Of a stretch of DNA of 64,000 bases, positions 48,922-57,330 are shown piece by piece. The DNA is taken from contig DASVEX010000171.1 in NCBI GenBank assembly GCA_036380335.1, positions 162-64,161 of the forward strand, in the 5' to 3' direction. A program made the translations under genes and the position numbers. The stretch's first letter is position 1. Each line of letters starts with the position of its first letter. This DNA comes from Propionibacteriaceae bacterium (GTDB lineage: Bacteria > Actinomycetota > Actinomycetes > Propionibacteriales > Propionibacteriaceae). Under the pieces are notes generated by a model. That model searched no databases. It was not told the origin of the DNA and saw only the letters and a program-made list of their open reading frames with translations.

Positions 48922-50149
48922 GCTCCGCTGTGGGCACGTCCATGGTCGGTGAGTCCACAGCCGAATGATGGTCACGGACGAAGAGCACGCTGAGCGTGAG
49001 AAGCAGCCCAGCAAGAGCGACGGCAACGAAGCCCGCAGCTGCTCCCGAGCTGTCGATCACGTGGCCAACCGCGGCGGCGCCGACGGCCACACCAGCGGCC
49101 ATGCCGGTCGAGATCCATGCCAGTGCCTCGGTCAGTCGTGTCTGGTCCACTGAAGATTGGGTGACCGCAACGGAGGCGATCAGGGTTGGCGCGATGGCCA
49201 TTCCACTGAGCATGAGCAGCAGCGCAAGAGCCACCGGGTGGTGGCCGACGAACGGCAGGGGCAGCAGCGACACTGCAAGGAGGGACGCGCCCACTCGGAA
49301 GCGCTTGGCGGCCGACGCTCGCCACGTGATCGCCCCAGCTATGGCGCCAGCGACCAACGACCCAAAGGCCCATGACATCAAGATCACGCCGGCATACCGA
49401 ACGACACCAGCCTCCTTCGCAAAAGCGATGACATTGACCTCCATACCCCCAAACACCATGCCGAGGGCAGCACACGCGATGGCGACGGGGATCAGGACAC
49501 GCCATGGCAGTCGAGATGATCCCGCACGGCCATCGCGCGGCGTCGCTCGGATCTGCGGCTGTGTGCTGCGCTGGACAGCGAGCGCAACGGCACCGATGAA
49601 GCCGATGACCGCGCTGACACTGATCCCGAGTGCCGGATGGAACGCGGTGGCAAGAAAGGTGACCAGGACCGGACCGATGATGAACACCACTTCGTCCAAC
49701 ATGGCCTCGAGCGCGAACGCCGTGTTCAAGAGAGGCGAGCCGTGCAGCCGGAGTGTCCAACGTGCGCGTACGGCGGATCCGGCCATGCTGAAACCGACGC
49801 CGACGCCGATAGCCGCGGCCACGCTCACAGCCAGCGGCCAGGCCAGCTCGATTGCGGTCACCAGGAGGGCCACGCTGAGCAGGTTGATCACGACAGCGGT
49901 AAGCAAGACACGAGCTTGGCCCACGCGGTCAATCGCGCGGCCCCAGAGCGGCGCAACGACAGCACCAGTCACCGTGCCAGCGGCAGTAAGCAAACCGGCG
50001 AGGCCGAACGAACCCGTGGTCAGCGATACCAGCAGCACGATGCCGATACCTGTCATGGACAGCGGCAATCTGGCCACAAATCCGGCCAAGCTGAACGCAA
50101 CCGCTCGACGATCGGACAACACTTCCCGGTACGGGCGAATATTTAGCAA
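48851..50149 (-). CDS. MFS transporter
   Basis: About 12 predicted TM helices with the GRAIDRVGQ loop motif. The 3' end overlaps the convergent rfbCD-like gene by 71 nt. Confidence 0.8.
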   Translation of the reverse strand: MLNIRPYREVLSDRRAVAFSLAGFVARLPLSMTGIGIVLLVSLTTGSFGLAGLLTAAGTVTGAVVAPLWGRAIDRVGQARVLLTAVVINLLSVALLVTAIELAWPLAVSVAAAIGVGVGFSMAGSAVRARWTLRLHGSPLLNTAFALEAMLDEVVFIIGPVLVTFLATAFHPALGISVSAVIGFIGAVALAVQRSTQPQIRATPRDGRAGSSRLPWRVLIPVAIACAALGMVFGGMEVNVIAFAKEAGVVRYAGVILMSWAFGSLVAGAIAGAITWRASAAKRFRVGASLLAVSLLPLPFVGHHPVALALLLMLSGMAIAPTLIASVAVTQSSVDQTRLTEALAWISTGMAAGVAVGAAAVGHVIDSSGAAAGFVAVALAGLLLTLSVLFVRDHHSAVDSPTMDVPTAELKAPLPGTSPVQSSHPQVGTRSR

Positions 50150-50258
50150 GGAGGGCGACCCCCGTGAACTCCCGCGGGTGCGCCGAGCCGACTTGCCCGG
50201 CCGTCACGCCTAGGTCCCGCGGCCACGACTGTCCTCCTCGTACGCAAAGATCTCGTGT

Positions 50259-51398
50259 GTGGATGATCGCTCTGCAACTTCTCATCACGCATCAGACAGC
50301 CAGCTAGGCAACACACTGTCGCCGTATGAGGCAGTCCTGCTGGTGTCCTTCGGCGGCCCCGAGCGCCCGGAGGATGTGATGCCGTTCCTGGAAAACGTCA
50401 CCCGTGGTCGTGGCATTCCCACCGAAAGACTCGTCGAGGTCAGTGAGCACTATCAGCTGTTCGGCGGCAAGAGCCCGATCAATGACCAGTGTCGCAGTCT
50501 GCTCGCAGCGTTGGCCAACGAATTGCGCAGTCGCGAGATTGAGGTGCCGCTGTATTGGGGTAACCGAAACTGGGCCCCCTACCTGACTGATGAGCTGCGT
50601 GCCATTGACCGGGACGGTCGTCGTCGGGTGCTGGCCGTGGTGACGAGTGCCTATCCGTCGTACTCCTCATGCCGGCAATATCGCGAGAATTTGTTTGACG
50701 CGGCGCACGGCACTCAGGTGCAGATCGACCGAATCCGCCACTACGCCAACCACCCAGGATTCGTTGAAGTAGCAGTGGATGCCACGCTCAAAGCACTGGA
50801 GACATTGGGTGAGACTGTAGACGAGGCCCGCCTGGTGTTCGTCACTCATTCCATTCCGATGACTATGGCGGAGACGGCCGGCCCGGTGCCGCGCAGCCCG
50901 AGCGGCGCGTACGTGGACTGGCACACGTTCGTCGCAGCCGCAGTAACCGATCGGGTCAGCGAACACCGAGGCCGGCGCTACGAGAGCGACCTGGTCTATT
51001 GCTCACGGTCCGGTCCCCCCAGCCAGCCATGGCTGGAACCGGACATCAATGATCACCTGCGTCAGCTCGCGGCTTCCGGCGTACCGGCGGTCGTCGCAGT
51101 GCCGATCGGCTTCGTGTCAGATCACATAGAGGTGGTCTTCGACCTTGATACCCAGGCAGCAGCGACTGCAGAGGAATGCGGACTGGCCTTCGCTCGCGCA
51201 GCCAGCGCTGGCGACCATCCGGCGTTCGTCAGCGGACTCGTTGATCTCATGCTGGAGCGGGCCGCCGCCGCCCGCGGGGAGCGGCCGGACCAGCCCGTCG
51301 TCGGATCCGGAACCGTCGGCTGGTACGAATGCTGGACTGATTGCTGCCCGAACCTGCGCGATCCCGGTCGACCAGCACTGTGCGAAGTACGCAGCTGA
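50259..51398 (+). CDS. hemH: Ferrochelatase (coproporphyrin type) with a C-terminal Cys cluster
   Basis: AVLLVSFGGPE, THSIPM, VSDHIEV. C-terminal CWTDCCPNLRDPGRPALC is consistent with the actinobacterial [2Fe-2S] site. Confidence 0.9.
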   Translation: MDDRSATSHHASDSQLGNTLSPYEAVLLVSFGGPERPEDVMPFLENVTRGRGIPTERLVEVSEHYQLFGGKSPINDQCRSLLAALANELRSREIEVPLYWGNRNWAPYLTDELRAIDRDGRRRVLAVVTSAYPSYSSCRQYRENLFDAAHGTQVQIDRIRHYANHPGFVEVAVDATLKALETLGETVDEARLVFVTHSIPMTMAETAGPVPRSPSGAYVDWHTFVAAAVTDRVSEHRGRRYESDLVYCSRSGPPSQPWLEPDINDHLRQLAASGVPAVVAVPIGFVSDHIEVVFDLDTQAAATAEECGLAFARAASAGDHPAFVSGLVDLMLERAAAARGERPDQPVVGSGTVGWYECWTDCCPNLRDPGRPALCEVRS

Positions 51399-51608
51399 GC
51401 GGTTTTTGGCCCGGATTTCCGGGTATTTCCTCAAGGCAGACCGGCCGCAAATGAATGGTCAGGATCCTGAAGTCGAGCGGGAATTTTAGACACGCGAGGG
51501 CGTTATAGCGGGCGCGAGCTCCCATAGCACGCATATCGCTTGATTCGTGTGGTATGACTGCGCACGAGTCAGATGATGATCTGGGCTTTCAGGCCCGGGA
51601 AGGCAAAG

Positions 51609-51911
51609 ATGGCGACCGATTACGACGCCCCTCGCAAGACCGATGAAGAACTCAGCGAAGACAGCATTGAAGAACTCAAAACTCGCCGTAACGATAAGAA
51701 CTCCGGGAAGGTTGACGAAGACGAGGCCGAAGCGGCGGAAGCCTTTGAGCTTCCTGGCGCGGACCTCTCCCACGAAGAGTTGACGGTTCGCGTGCTGCCA
51801 CGCCAGTCCGATGAGTTCACCTGCGCTAGCTGTTTTTTGGTACGGCATCGCAGCCAGATCGCCGAAGAAGGTCCGAACGGAGAGGCATACTGCTTCGACT
51901 GCGCCGGATGA
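51609..51911 (+). CDS. DUF4193 family protein
   Basis: MATDYDAPRKTDEE...DEFTCASCFLVRHRSQ...CFDCAG. GGGAAGG RBS upstream. Confidence 0.85.
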   Translation: MATDYDAPRKTDEELSEDSIEELKTRRNDKNSGKVDEDEAEAAEAFELPGADLSHEELTVRVLPRQSDEFTCASCFLVRHRSQIAEEGPNGEAYCFDCAG

Positions 51912-52086
51912 GTGGAACGATCATCCACTAGCTGTCGACTGCATGATCACTTAGGCTTGAGGCACGAAGACGCGCCGAAGCAGCATGCGTCGGTTTAGGC
52001 AATCCGGCTGGTGCTTGACCCCGGGGGCGCGGCACGAGGTGCACACGGTGTACCGGGCTGATTGGGGGCAGTCAGTCCGGACAGAA

Positions 52087-52123
52087 CACCACCTTGCGCC
52101 CCCGAACGGGGCGCGGGGTGGTG
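52087..52123. terminator. 16-bp GC-rich stem (two G-U pairs) with a 5-nt loop between convergent DUF4193 and DUF4235 genes
   Basis: caccaccttgcgcccc-cgaac-ggggcgcggggtggtg followed by cttctt. Ends 11 nt before the stop of the minus-strand gene. Confidence 0.6.
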
Positions 52124-52133
52124 CTTCTTGGCC

Positions 52134-52427
52134 TCAGATGTTGAACTTGATCTTTCCTGCATCGGGCGTTTCATGGCCGATCTCTTTTCCCCAGTGCCTG
52201 GCAGCCATCCGCTGGGTGAGTAGCTGGGTGACGCCCACGCCAATGCCGCTCGCCAGCGCCCAGCTCGCCGCTTCCAGCACCGGAGTCTCAGGATCGGTCG
52301 GTGATGGTGGTTCATTGCCCGTCACGAGCTTCCAGCCCGCCTTGACCAGCCGCTGGGCTACAACGGTGGTGACCGCGCCGATCACTCCGACATAGAGCTT
52401 CCAGAGCAGTTTTTGCGTCGGTCCCAT
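52134..52427 (-). CDS. DUF4235 family small membrane protein
   Basis: KLLWKLYVGVIGAVTTVVAQRLVKAGWKLVTG... Confidence 0.8.
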   Translation of the reverse strand: MGPTQKLLWKLYVGVIGAVTTVVAQRLVKAGWKLVTGNEPPSPTDPETPVLEAASWALASGIGVGVTQLLTQRMAARHWGKEIGHETPDAGKIKFNI

Positions 52428-52554
52428 CGGATCAACCTTCCATGTTGGGCCGTCCGGAGTCCGGCTTCCCGGTTGCGTGTTCGCATCTTAGTGCGCGATG
52501 CAGAGGTCAACGCAGCCGCCGCAGGGTTCTCGTCAAGGCGCGTAAGTTACCTCC

Positions 52555-53010
52555 ATGCTGTTCCGAGAGCGGCTCACTGTTCCCATCATGTGGTGGGTGC
52601 TTGCGGGTCTCTTTGCACTCTCGGTGCTGCTCGCCGTTGGCGCCTACCTTGGGCCGGTATGGGGCATCGGAACCGCGCTTGCCACCATGATGGTGGCCGC
52701 GGCGATCTTCGTCTCGGCTGCGGTAGTGATCAGCATCGATGCGCGGGAAATCCGGATAGGCCGGGCCAGCATCGAGCATGCTTATATCTCCTCCAGTCAA
52801 GCGCTGACTGCTGAGCAGGCGCGTCAGCGCGCCGGCGTGGAAGCCGATGCCAGGGCTCACTTGGTGCTGAGGCCCTATGTGAGGACTGCGGTCGAGATCA
52901 CCCTCGACGACCCCCAGGATCCGGTGCCGTATTGGCTGGTCTCCACACGTCGTCCGCAACAACTGGCAGCCGCACTGCGGGAGGCTGCCTCGTCTACGCT
53001 GACCGGGTGA
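52555..53010 (+). CDS. DUF3093 family membrane protein
   Basis: MLFRERLTVPIMWWVLAGLF..., positioned immediately upstream of dut as in other Actinomycetota. Confidence 0.8.
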   Translation: MLFRERLTVPIMWWVLAGLFALSVLLAVGAYLGPVWGIGTALATMMVAAAIFVSAAVVISIDAREIRIGRASIEHAYISSSQALTAEQARQRAGVEADARAHLVLRPYVRTAVEITLDDPQDPVPYWLVSTRRPQQLAAALREAASSTLTG

Positions 53011-53017
53011 ATGAGTC

Positions 53018-53533
53018 ATGACAGCCGTCGAGGTGCTGCTTCTCCAGCTCGATCCTGGACTGGAATTGCCGTCGTACGCGCACCCCGGCGACGCTGGTGC
53101 GGATCTGCGCAGCAGCGAAGGTTTCGAGCTCCGGCCGGGAGAGCGACGGTTGGTGGGAACTGGTGTTGCTATCTCGTTGCCGGCTGGTTATGCAGCTTTC
53201 GTGCACCCGCGTTCCGGGCTGGCCGCGCGGAACGGCATCACCATCGTGAATGCTCCGGGCACCGTAGATTCCGGTTATCGCGGCGAGATCAAGGTCTGCC
53301 TGATCAATACCGACCGAACCCAGCCGGTGAACATTGCCCGCGGGGACCGGATCGCTCAGCTGGTGATCCAGCCGGTCAATACAGCGGTTTTCGTGCCGGT
53401 GACGGCTTTGCCCAGTTCGGCGCGCGGGATTGGCGGGTATGGGTCAACCGGAGGAATACTGAGCGGTGCCAACGAGCCAGCGGCCACCCAGCGAGGAGAC
53501 GAAAGCATGAGTGTGCCCAGGGAACGCGGATGA
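53018..53533 (+). CDS. dut: dUTP diphosphatase
   Basis: HPGDAGADL, HPRSGLA, GTVDSGYRGEI, RIAQLVI motifs. Confidence 0.95.
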   Translation: MTAVEVLLLQLDPGLELPSYAHPGDAGADLRSSEGFELRPGERRLVGTGVAISLPAGYAAFVHPRSGLAARNGITIVNAPGTVDSGYRGEIKVCLINTDRTQPVNIARGDRIAQLVIQPVNTAVFVPVTALPSSARGIGGYGSTGGILSGANEPAATQRGDESMSVPRERG

Positions 53534-54375
53534 TCTTCAAGAGGGGCAGGAAGCGCGGCAGCGAGTCCGCAGTCGAGGAATCCACCGAGGAATCTACCGA
53601 CGAAGCGAGCCTCGACGAGCTGGATGATGAGGCTACCGACGCGGAGAGTGAAACCTCGACCGAAGAGCTGGGAGGCGAGGATCTCGAGAGCGCCGATCTC
53701 GAGGGCGCGGAGTTGGCGGCGTTGGACGAGCTGGACTGGCGGACCTCAGGCCCGTACGACATCGGTGAAGTCGAGGATATCGAGAGCACTGAGGAGAGCC
53801 CCAGGATCGACCTCGGCAGCTTGATCCTCACGGCGGTATCGGGCTCCGAGCTCAGACTTCAGGTAGCCGAAGAGACCGGCGAGATTGCCTCGGCGATGCT
53901 CGTGATCGAAACCATCGTGGAACCACCCGCCAGTGCAAACCAGAAACCTCAGGCCTATTCGTCAGCACTGGAGCTGGGCGCGTACGCGGCTCCTCGCAGT
54001 GGGGGCCTTTGGGCAGAGCTGCGCGATGAGATTGCCCACAACGCGACAGAGGCGGGGGGCACGGCGTCACTCGGCGAGGGGCCGTTTGGGATCGAGCTGA
54101 GGCGGCTCATTCCGGTGACGACGCCCGACGGCGAGGAGGGATATCAACCCTCTCGAATGTGGGTCGCGGAAGGTCCACGTTGGCTGCTGCGCGGCATCGT
54201 GTACGGCCAGGCGGCCATCGAAGACGACGCAGACTCACCGATTGTGGCTGATGTGCTCTCCGCGTTCCGTCAGGTCATTGTGCGACGAGGCGACGAGGCG
54301 ATGGCGCCGGGCGACTTACTACCGCTGACGATGCCGACCAATGTCAGCCCGGAGTCCGAGGAATCGGAGATATAG
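53530..54375 (+). CDS. DUF3710 family protein
   Basis: Acidic N-terminus, then GPYDIGEVED...RIDLGSLIL...LRLQV.... ATGA overlap with the dut stop. The 454-aa track ORF is a spurious upstream extension through dut. Confidence 0.8.
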   Translation: MIFKRGRKRGSESAVEESTEESTDEASLDELDDEATDAESETSTEELGGEDLESADLEGAELAALDELDWRTSGPYDIGEVEDIESTEESPRIDLGSLILTAVSGSELRLQVAEETGEIASAMLVIETIVEPPASANQKPQAYSSALELGAYAAPRSGGLWAELRDEIAHNATEAGGTASLGEGPFGIELRRLIPVTTPDGEEGYQPSRMWVAEGPRWLLRGIVYGQAAIEDDADSPIVADVLSAFRQVIVRRGDEAMAPGDLLPLTMPTNVSPESEESEI

Positions 54376-54379
54376 CCAA

Positions 54380-54639
54380 CCCGCTGATCACCGTGTCTGC
54401 TCGATCGTCGTGGCCTGCGAGGGAGGAAGACAGCAACTTTCAGCGCACGCTCGGGCGCGAGCGGATACCAAAATTTCATCCGCGAGCGTCGGGTAGAGCG
54501 GGTGCCGGTGCTGTCTGGACGGTCGAGCAGGCACGGTGATCAGCGGGATGAGGCTACATAGGGGAGGGGACAAGCTGTGCCTGCGAGGGAGGAAGACAGC
54601 AACTTGCAGCGCACGCTCGGGCGCGAGCGGATACCAAAA
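54380..54639. repeat. Composite intergenic repeat: 30-bp inverted repeat (54380-54409 / 54518-54547) plus 61-bp direct repeat (54413-54473 / 54579-54639)
   Basis: Inverted-repeat arms cccgctgatcaccgtgtctgctcgatcgtc and gacggtcgagcaggcacggtgatcagcggg have 2 mismatches. Direct-repeat copies gcctgcgagggaggaagacagcaactt(t/g)cagcgcacgctcgggcgcgagcggataccaaaa differ at 1 base. Confidence 0.85.
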
Positions 54640-54682
54640 GATTGACCGGGGTGGGATGCTTGAAGGGCGGAGGTGACACGCG

Positions 54683-55060
54683 ATGGCGAAAGAAAACATG
54701 CTGCAGCGAGCACTACGTCGGTTCGCCTCATCAAATGCCGAGCTCGAGTCCGAGGATCTGCAACGCAAGGTCCGTGAAGAGGGCGCCGTACCCATTCAGA
54801 ACTGTGAGGACCGTCAGCGCGTCCAGCTCACAGGCACGGTGTCCACGGTGACCATCACTCCTCGAGCGGGGCATCCGGCGTTGGAGGTCGAGCTGCGTGA
54901 CGGCTCAGGGGCGGTGACCCTGGTTTGGCTGGGCCGGCGACAAATCCCTGGAATCGATCCCGGTCGAACCCTCAAGGTCTGGGGCCGGATCAGCTGCCAC
55001 GAGGGGAAACGGCTGATCTATAACCCGCGCTATGAGCTGATGGAGGCGCCGGCCGCGTGA
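54683..55060 (+). CDS. OB-fold nucleic-acid-binding domain protein
   Basis: RVQLTGTVSTVTITPRAGHPALEVELRDGSG.VTLVWLGRR.IPGI.PG..L.VWGR. GGAGG RBS 8 nt upstream. Confidence 0.8.
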   Translation: MAKENMLQRALRRFASSNAELESEDLQRKVREEGAVPIQNCEDRQRVQLTGTVSTVTITPRAGHPALEVELRDGSGAVTLVWLGRRQIPGIDPGRTLKVWGRISCHEGKRLIYNPRYELMEAPAA

Positions 55061-55085
55061 TCGAGGTCGGCGCGGTGCCTGGTAC

Positions 55086-55829
55086 ATGAGTGAGCTGCCA
55101 GCAGAACCGAAGGCAGTGCGGCAGGACGTACGACCAACTGCAGATGCGGAGACGCCGCAATTCCGCTATGTAGAAGAGTTCGTGCGCTACCAGCTGAGCA
55201 AGTCGCTCGGTGGCGCCCGCGGCATGATCGAGTCGGCACTGCCGTTCATCGCCTTCACTATCGCCTGGGTCGTATCCCGGCAGCTCTACCCGGCCATCGC
55301 CGCTGCCGTGGGTACGGCGATTCTCCTGGCGGTCATCCGCCTCGTCCAGCGTCAGTCGATCAAGTACGTGGTCCAGGCCGTCATTCCGACGGCGATCGCG
55401 GTGCTGATCGCCACGCGTACTGGCCGGGCCCAGGACGTGTTCTTGCCGGGCATCCTCTACAACGGCGCCCTCGCCGTGATCTCATTGCTGACCGTCGCTA
55501 TCCGCAAACCCCTCGTCGGTTTCATCATCGGCGCCGCGGTCGGTGACCCTACAGGTTGGACGAGGGATCGCGGGCTGGTGAGGATGACCTCGAAGCTGAC
55601 CCTGGTACTCGCAGTGCCCTACGTCGCGCGTTTCGTCATCCAGCTGCCGTTATTCCTGGCCGGACAGGTCGTGCTGCTTGGCATAGCCAAGGTCGTCCTC
55701 GGTTGGCCGATGCTGATCGGTGCCCTGACCGTGATCGGGTTCATGCTCTCCAAGGGCAAAACCCCGATGGAGGATTCTGCTTTCGCGGGTTCACTCTCGG
55801 CCGAGAGTCGTCCGGAGAGTGCCTCGTAG
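55086..55829 (+). CDS. DUF3159 family membrane protein
   Basis: Multi-TM protein in the conserved position after the OB-fold gene (..LGGARGMIESALPFIAFT..). Confidence 0.8.
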   Translation: MSELPAEPKAVRQDVRPTADAETPQFRYVEEFVRYQLSKSLGGARGMIESALPFIAFTIAWVVSRQLYPAIAAAVGTAILLAVIRLVQRQSIKYVVQAVIPTAIAVLIATRTGRAQDVFLPGILYNGALAVISLLTVAIRKPLVGFIIGAAVGDPTGWTRDRGLVRMTSKLTLVLAVPYVARFVIQLPLFLAGQVVLLGIAKVVLGWPMLIGALTVIGFMLSKGKTPMEDSAFAGSLSAESRPESAS

Positions 55830-55840
55830 TCGCCTGTGTG

Positions 55841-56560
55841 CTAGGAGATTGCCTGTGCGCGTGGCGTAGCCGTCTTGGAGATGCTGATCGAGCCGTCGCG
55901 CGGGGCCAGCATCTCGGCTAGCTCTTTCTCGAAATCCTGTGCTGTCACGAACAGCAATTCGTCGCCCGCCTCTAGCGAGCCGTCGGTGTCCGGGGGTCGC
56001 GCATGCCCGTCGCGGATGATCGCGACCAAGACGACGTCACCAGGCCAGTGCAGGTCGCCAATCCGGGCGCCGACGCACGGGCTGCTCGAGGGCAATGTCA
56101 TCTCGACCAGGTTCGTGGCGCCCTCGTGGAACGTCAACAGCCGTACAAGATCACCGACAGTGACTGCCTCTTCAACCAGCGCTGACATCAGCCGAGGTGT
56201 CGACACGGAGACGTCAACCCCCCAGACTTCGTTGAACAGCCACTCATTCTTGGGGTGATTGACCCGGCCGACCGTACGCGGTACGCCGAACTCTGTCTTG
56301 GCCAACAACGACATCACCAGGTTCACCTTGTCGTCGCCGGTAGCGGCGATGGCCACATCGCAGGTATCGAGGCCCGCTTCCTCCAGTGAGGACAGTTCGC
56401 AGGCATCAGCGAGCAGCCACTCTGCCTCCGTCAGCGTCTCGGCCTTGATGGCATGCGGATCCTTGTCGATCAGCAGCACCTCGTGACCATTGTCGATCAG
56501 CTCTGCCGCAATGGACCGGCCGACATTTCCGGCGCCCGCTATCGCTACTCGCATCGTCAT
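55841..56560 (-). CDS. TrkA-type potassium uptake regulatory protein (RCK, NAD-binding)
   Basis: MRVAIAGAGNVGRSIAAEL Rossmann fold plus TrkA-C. Start at 56560 (ATGA overlap with the upstream stop) or 56554. Confidence 0.85.
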   Translation of the reverse strand: MTMRVAIAGAGNVGRSIAAELIDNGHEVLLIDKDPHAIKAETLTEAEWLLADACELSSLEEAGLDTCDVAIAATGDDKVNLVMSLLAKTEFGVPRTVGRVNHPKNEWLFNEVWGVDVSVSTPRLMSALVEEAVTVGDLVRLLTFHEGATNLVEMTLPSSSPCVGARIGDLHWPGDVVLVAIIRDGHARPPDTDGSLEAGDELLFVTAQDFEKELAEMLAPRDGSISISKTATPRAQAIS

Positions 56561-57219
56561 ACTCCTCTCGGCGGCGAACCGAGTATCGCCTCGACCGCAG
56601 CGAGCTTGGCGTCGACGACGGCCGCGTACAACAGATCGCCGTCTTGGAAGATGCTGGTGCGCTTGGGCACGAGTCCCGATCCCATCCGGAACACGAACGG
56701 AATGCGCGCGCCGGTCGCATCCTCGATCTGCTCGATGGTCCGGCCAACCCAAGCGCGGTCGACATGTACTTCCATCAGACGCACCGAACCCGACGGATCC
56801 CGCCACTGCGGTTCGGATCCGCTAGGTAACAACCGCCGCAACACCTGATCAGATGTCCACCGCACCGTCGCTACCGTGGGTATTCCCAGCCGCTCATACA
56901 CTTCGGCGCGTCCGGGGTCATAGATCCGAGCCACCACGTTGTCCACGCCGAAGGTCTCGCGCACGACGCGGGCGGACAAGATGTTGGAATTGTCGCCGCT
57001 AGACACCGCGGCAAACCCCTCCGCGTCCTCGATTCCGGCCTCCAAGAGCACCTCGCGATCAAAACCAACGCCCCGGACGGTCTTGCCGGCAAAGTCAGGG
57101 CCGAGTCGACGGAAGGCCTCCGAGTCGAGGTCGATCACAGCGACCGTGTGCCCCCGCTTCTCAAGACTTCTCGCCAGCCTGGACCCCACTCGGCCGCAGC
57201 CCATGATCACGATGTGCAC
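56557..57219 (-). CDS. TrkA-type potassium uptake regulatory protein (RCK, NAD-binding)
   Basis: HIVIMGCGRVGSRLARSL Rossmann fold plus TrkA-C. GTG start. Confidence 0.9.
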   Translation of the reverse strand: MHIVIMGCGRVGSRLARSLEKRGHTVAVIDLDSEAFRRLGPDFAGKTVRGVGFDREVLLEAGIEDAEGFAAVSSGDNSNILSARVVRETFGVDNVVARIYDPGRAEVYERLGIPTVATVRWTSDQVLRRLLPSGSEPQWRDPSGSVRLMEVHVDRAWVGRTIEQIEDATGARIPFVFRMGSGLVPKRTSIFQDGDLLYAAVVDAKLAAVEAILGSPPRGV

Positions 57220-57330
57220 ACGTTGAGTCTAGTGAACAAGGGGCGAAATTCTGTGACGCCGGTCACCGACAGCCGCGTTCGACCAGTGGCTGATCGCGCT
57301 TGCTCTACTAGGGTTTGCAATGTGGTGAAT

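Noticed and set aside
51500-51525. Recurrence of GGCGCGAGC (also near 15007, 54455 and 54621) as a dispersed motif
   Set aside because: A 9-mer made almost entirely of G and C is expected several times by chance in 64 kb at this base composition. Only the longer 13-15-mers were kept as a finding.
54413-54639. Possible CRISPR array (61-bp direct repeats)
   Set aside because: There are only two copies, separated by 105 bp. The repeat is far longer than CRISPR repeats and there are no cas genes in the window.
57253-57266. GTGAC-N4-GTCAC in the trkA/APC divergent spacer as an operator
   Set aside because: The arms are only 5 bp, the centre is non-palindromic, and no linked regulator is present. 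Too weak to call.
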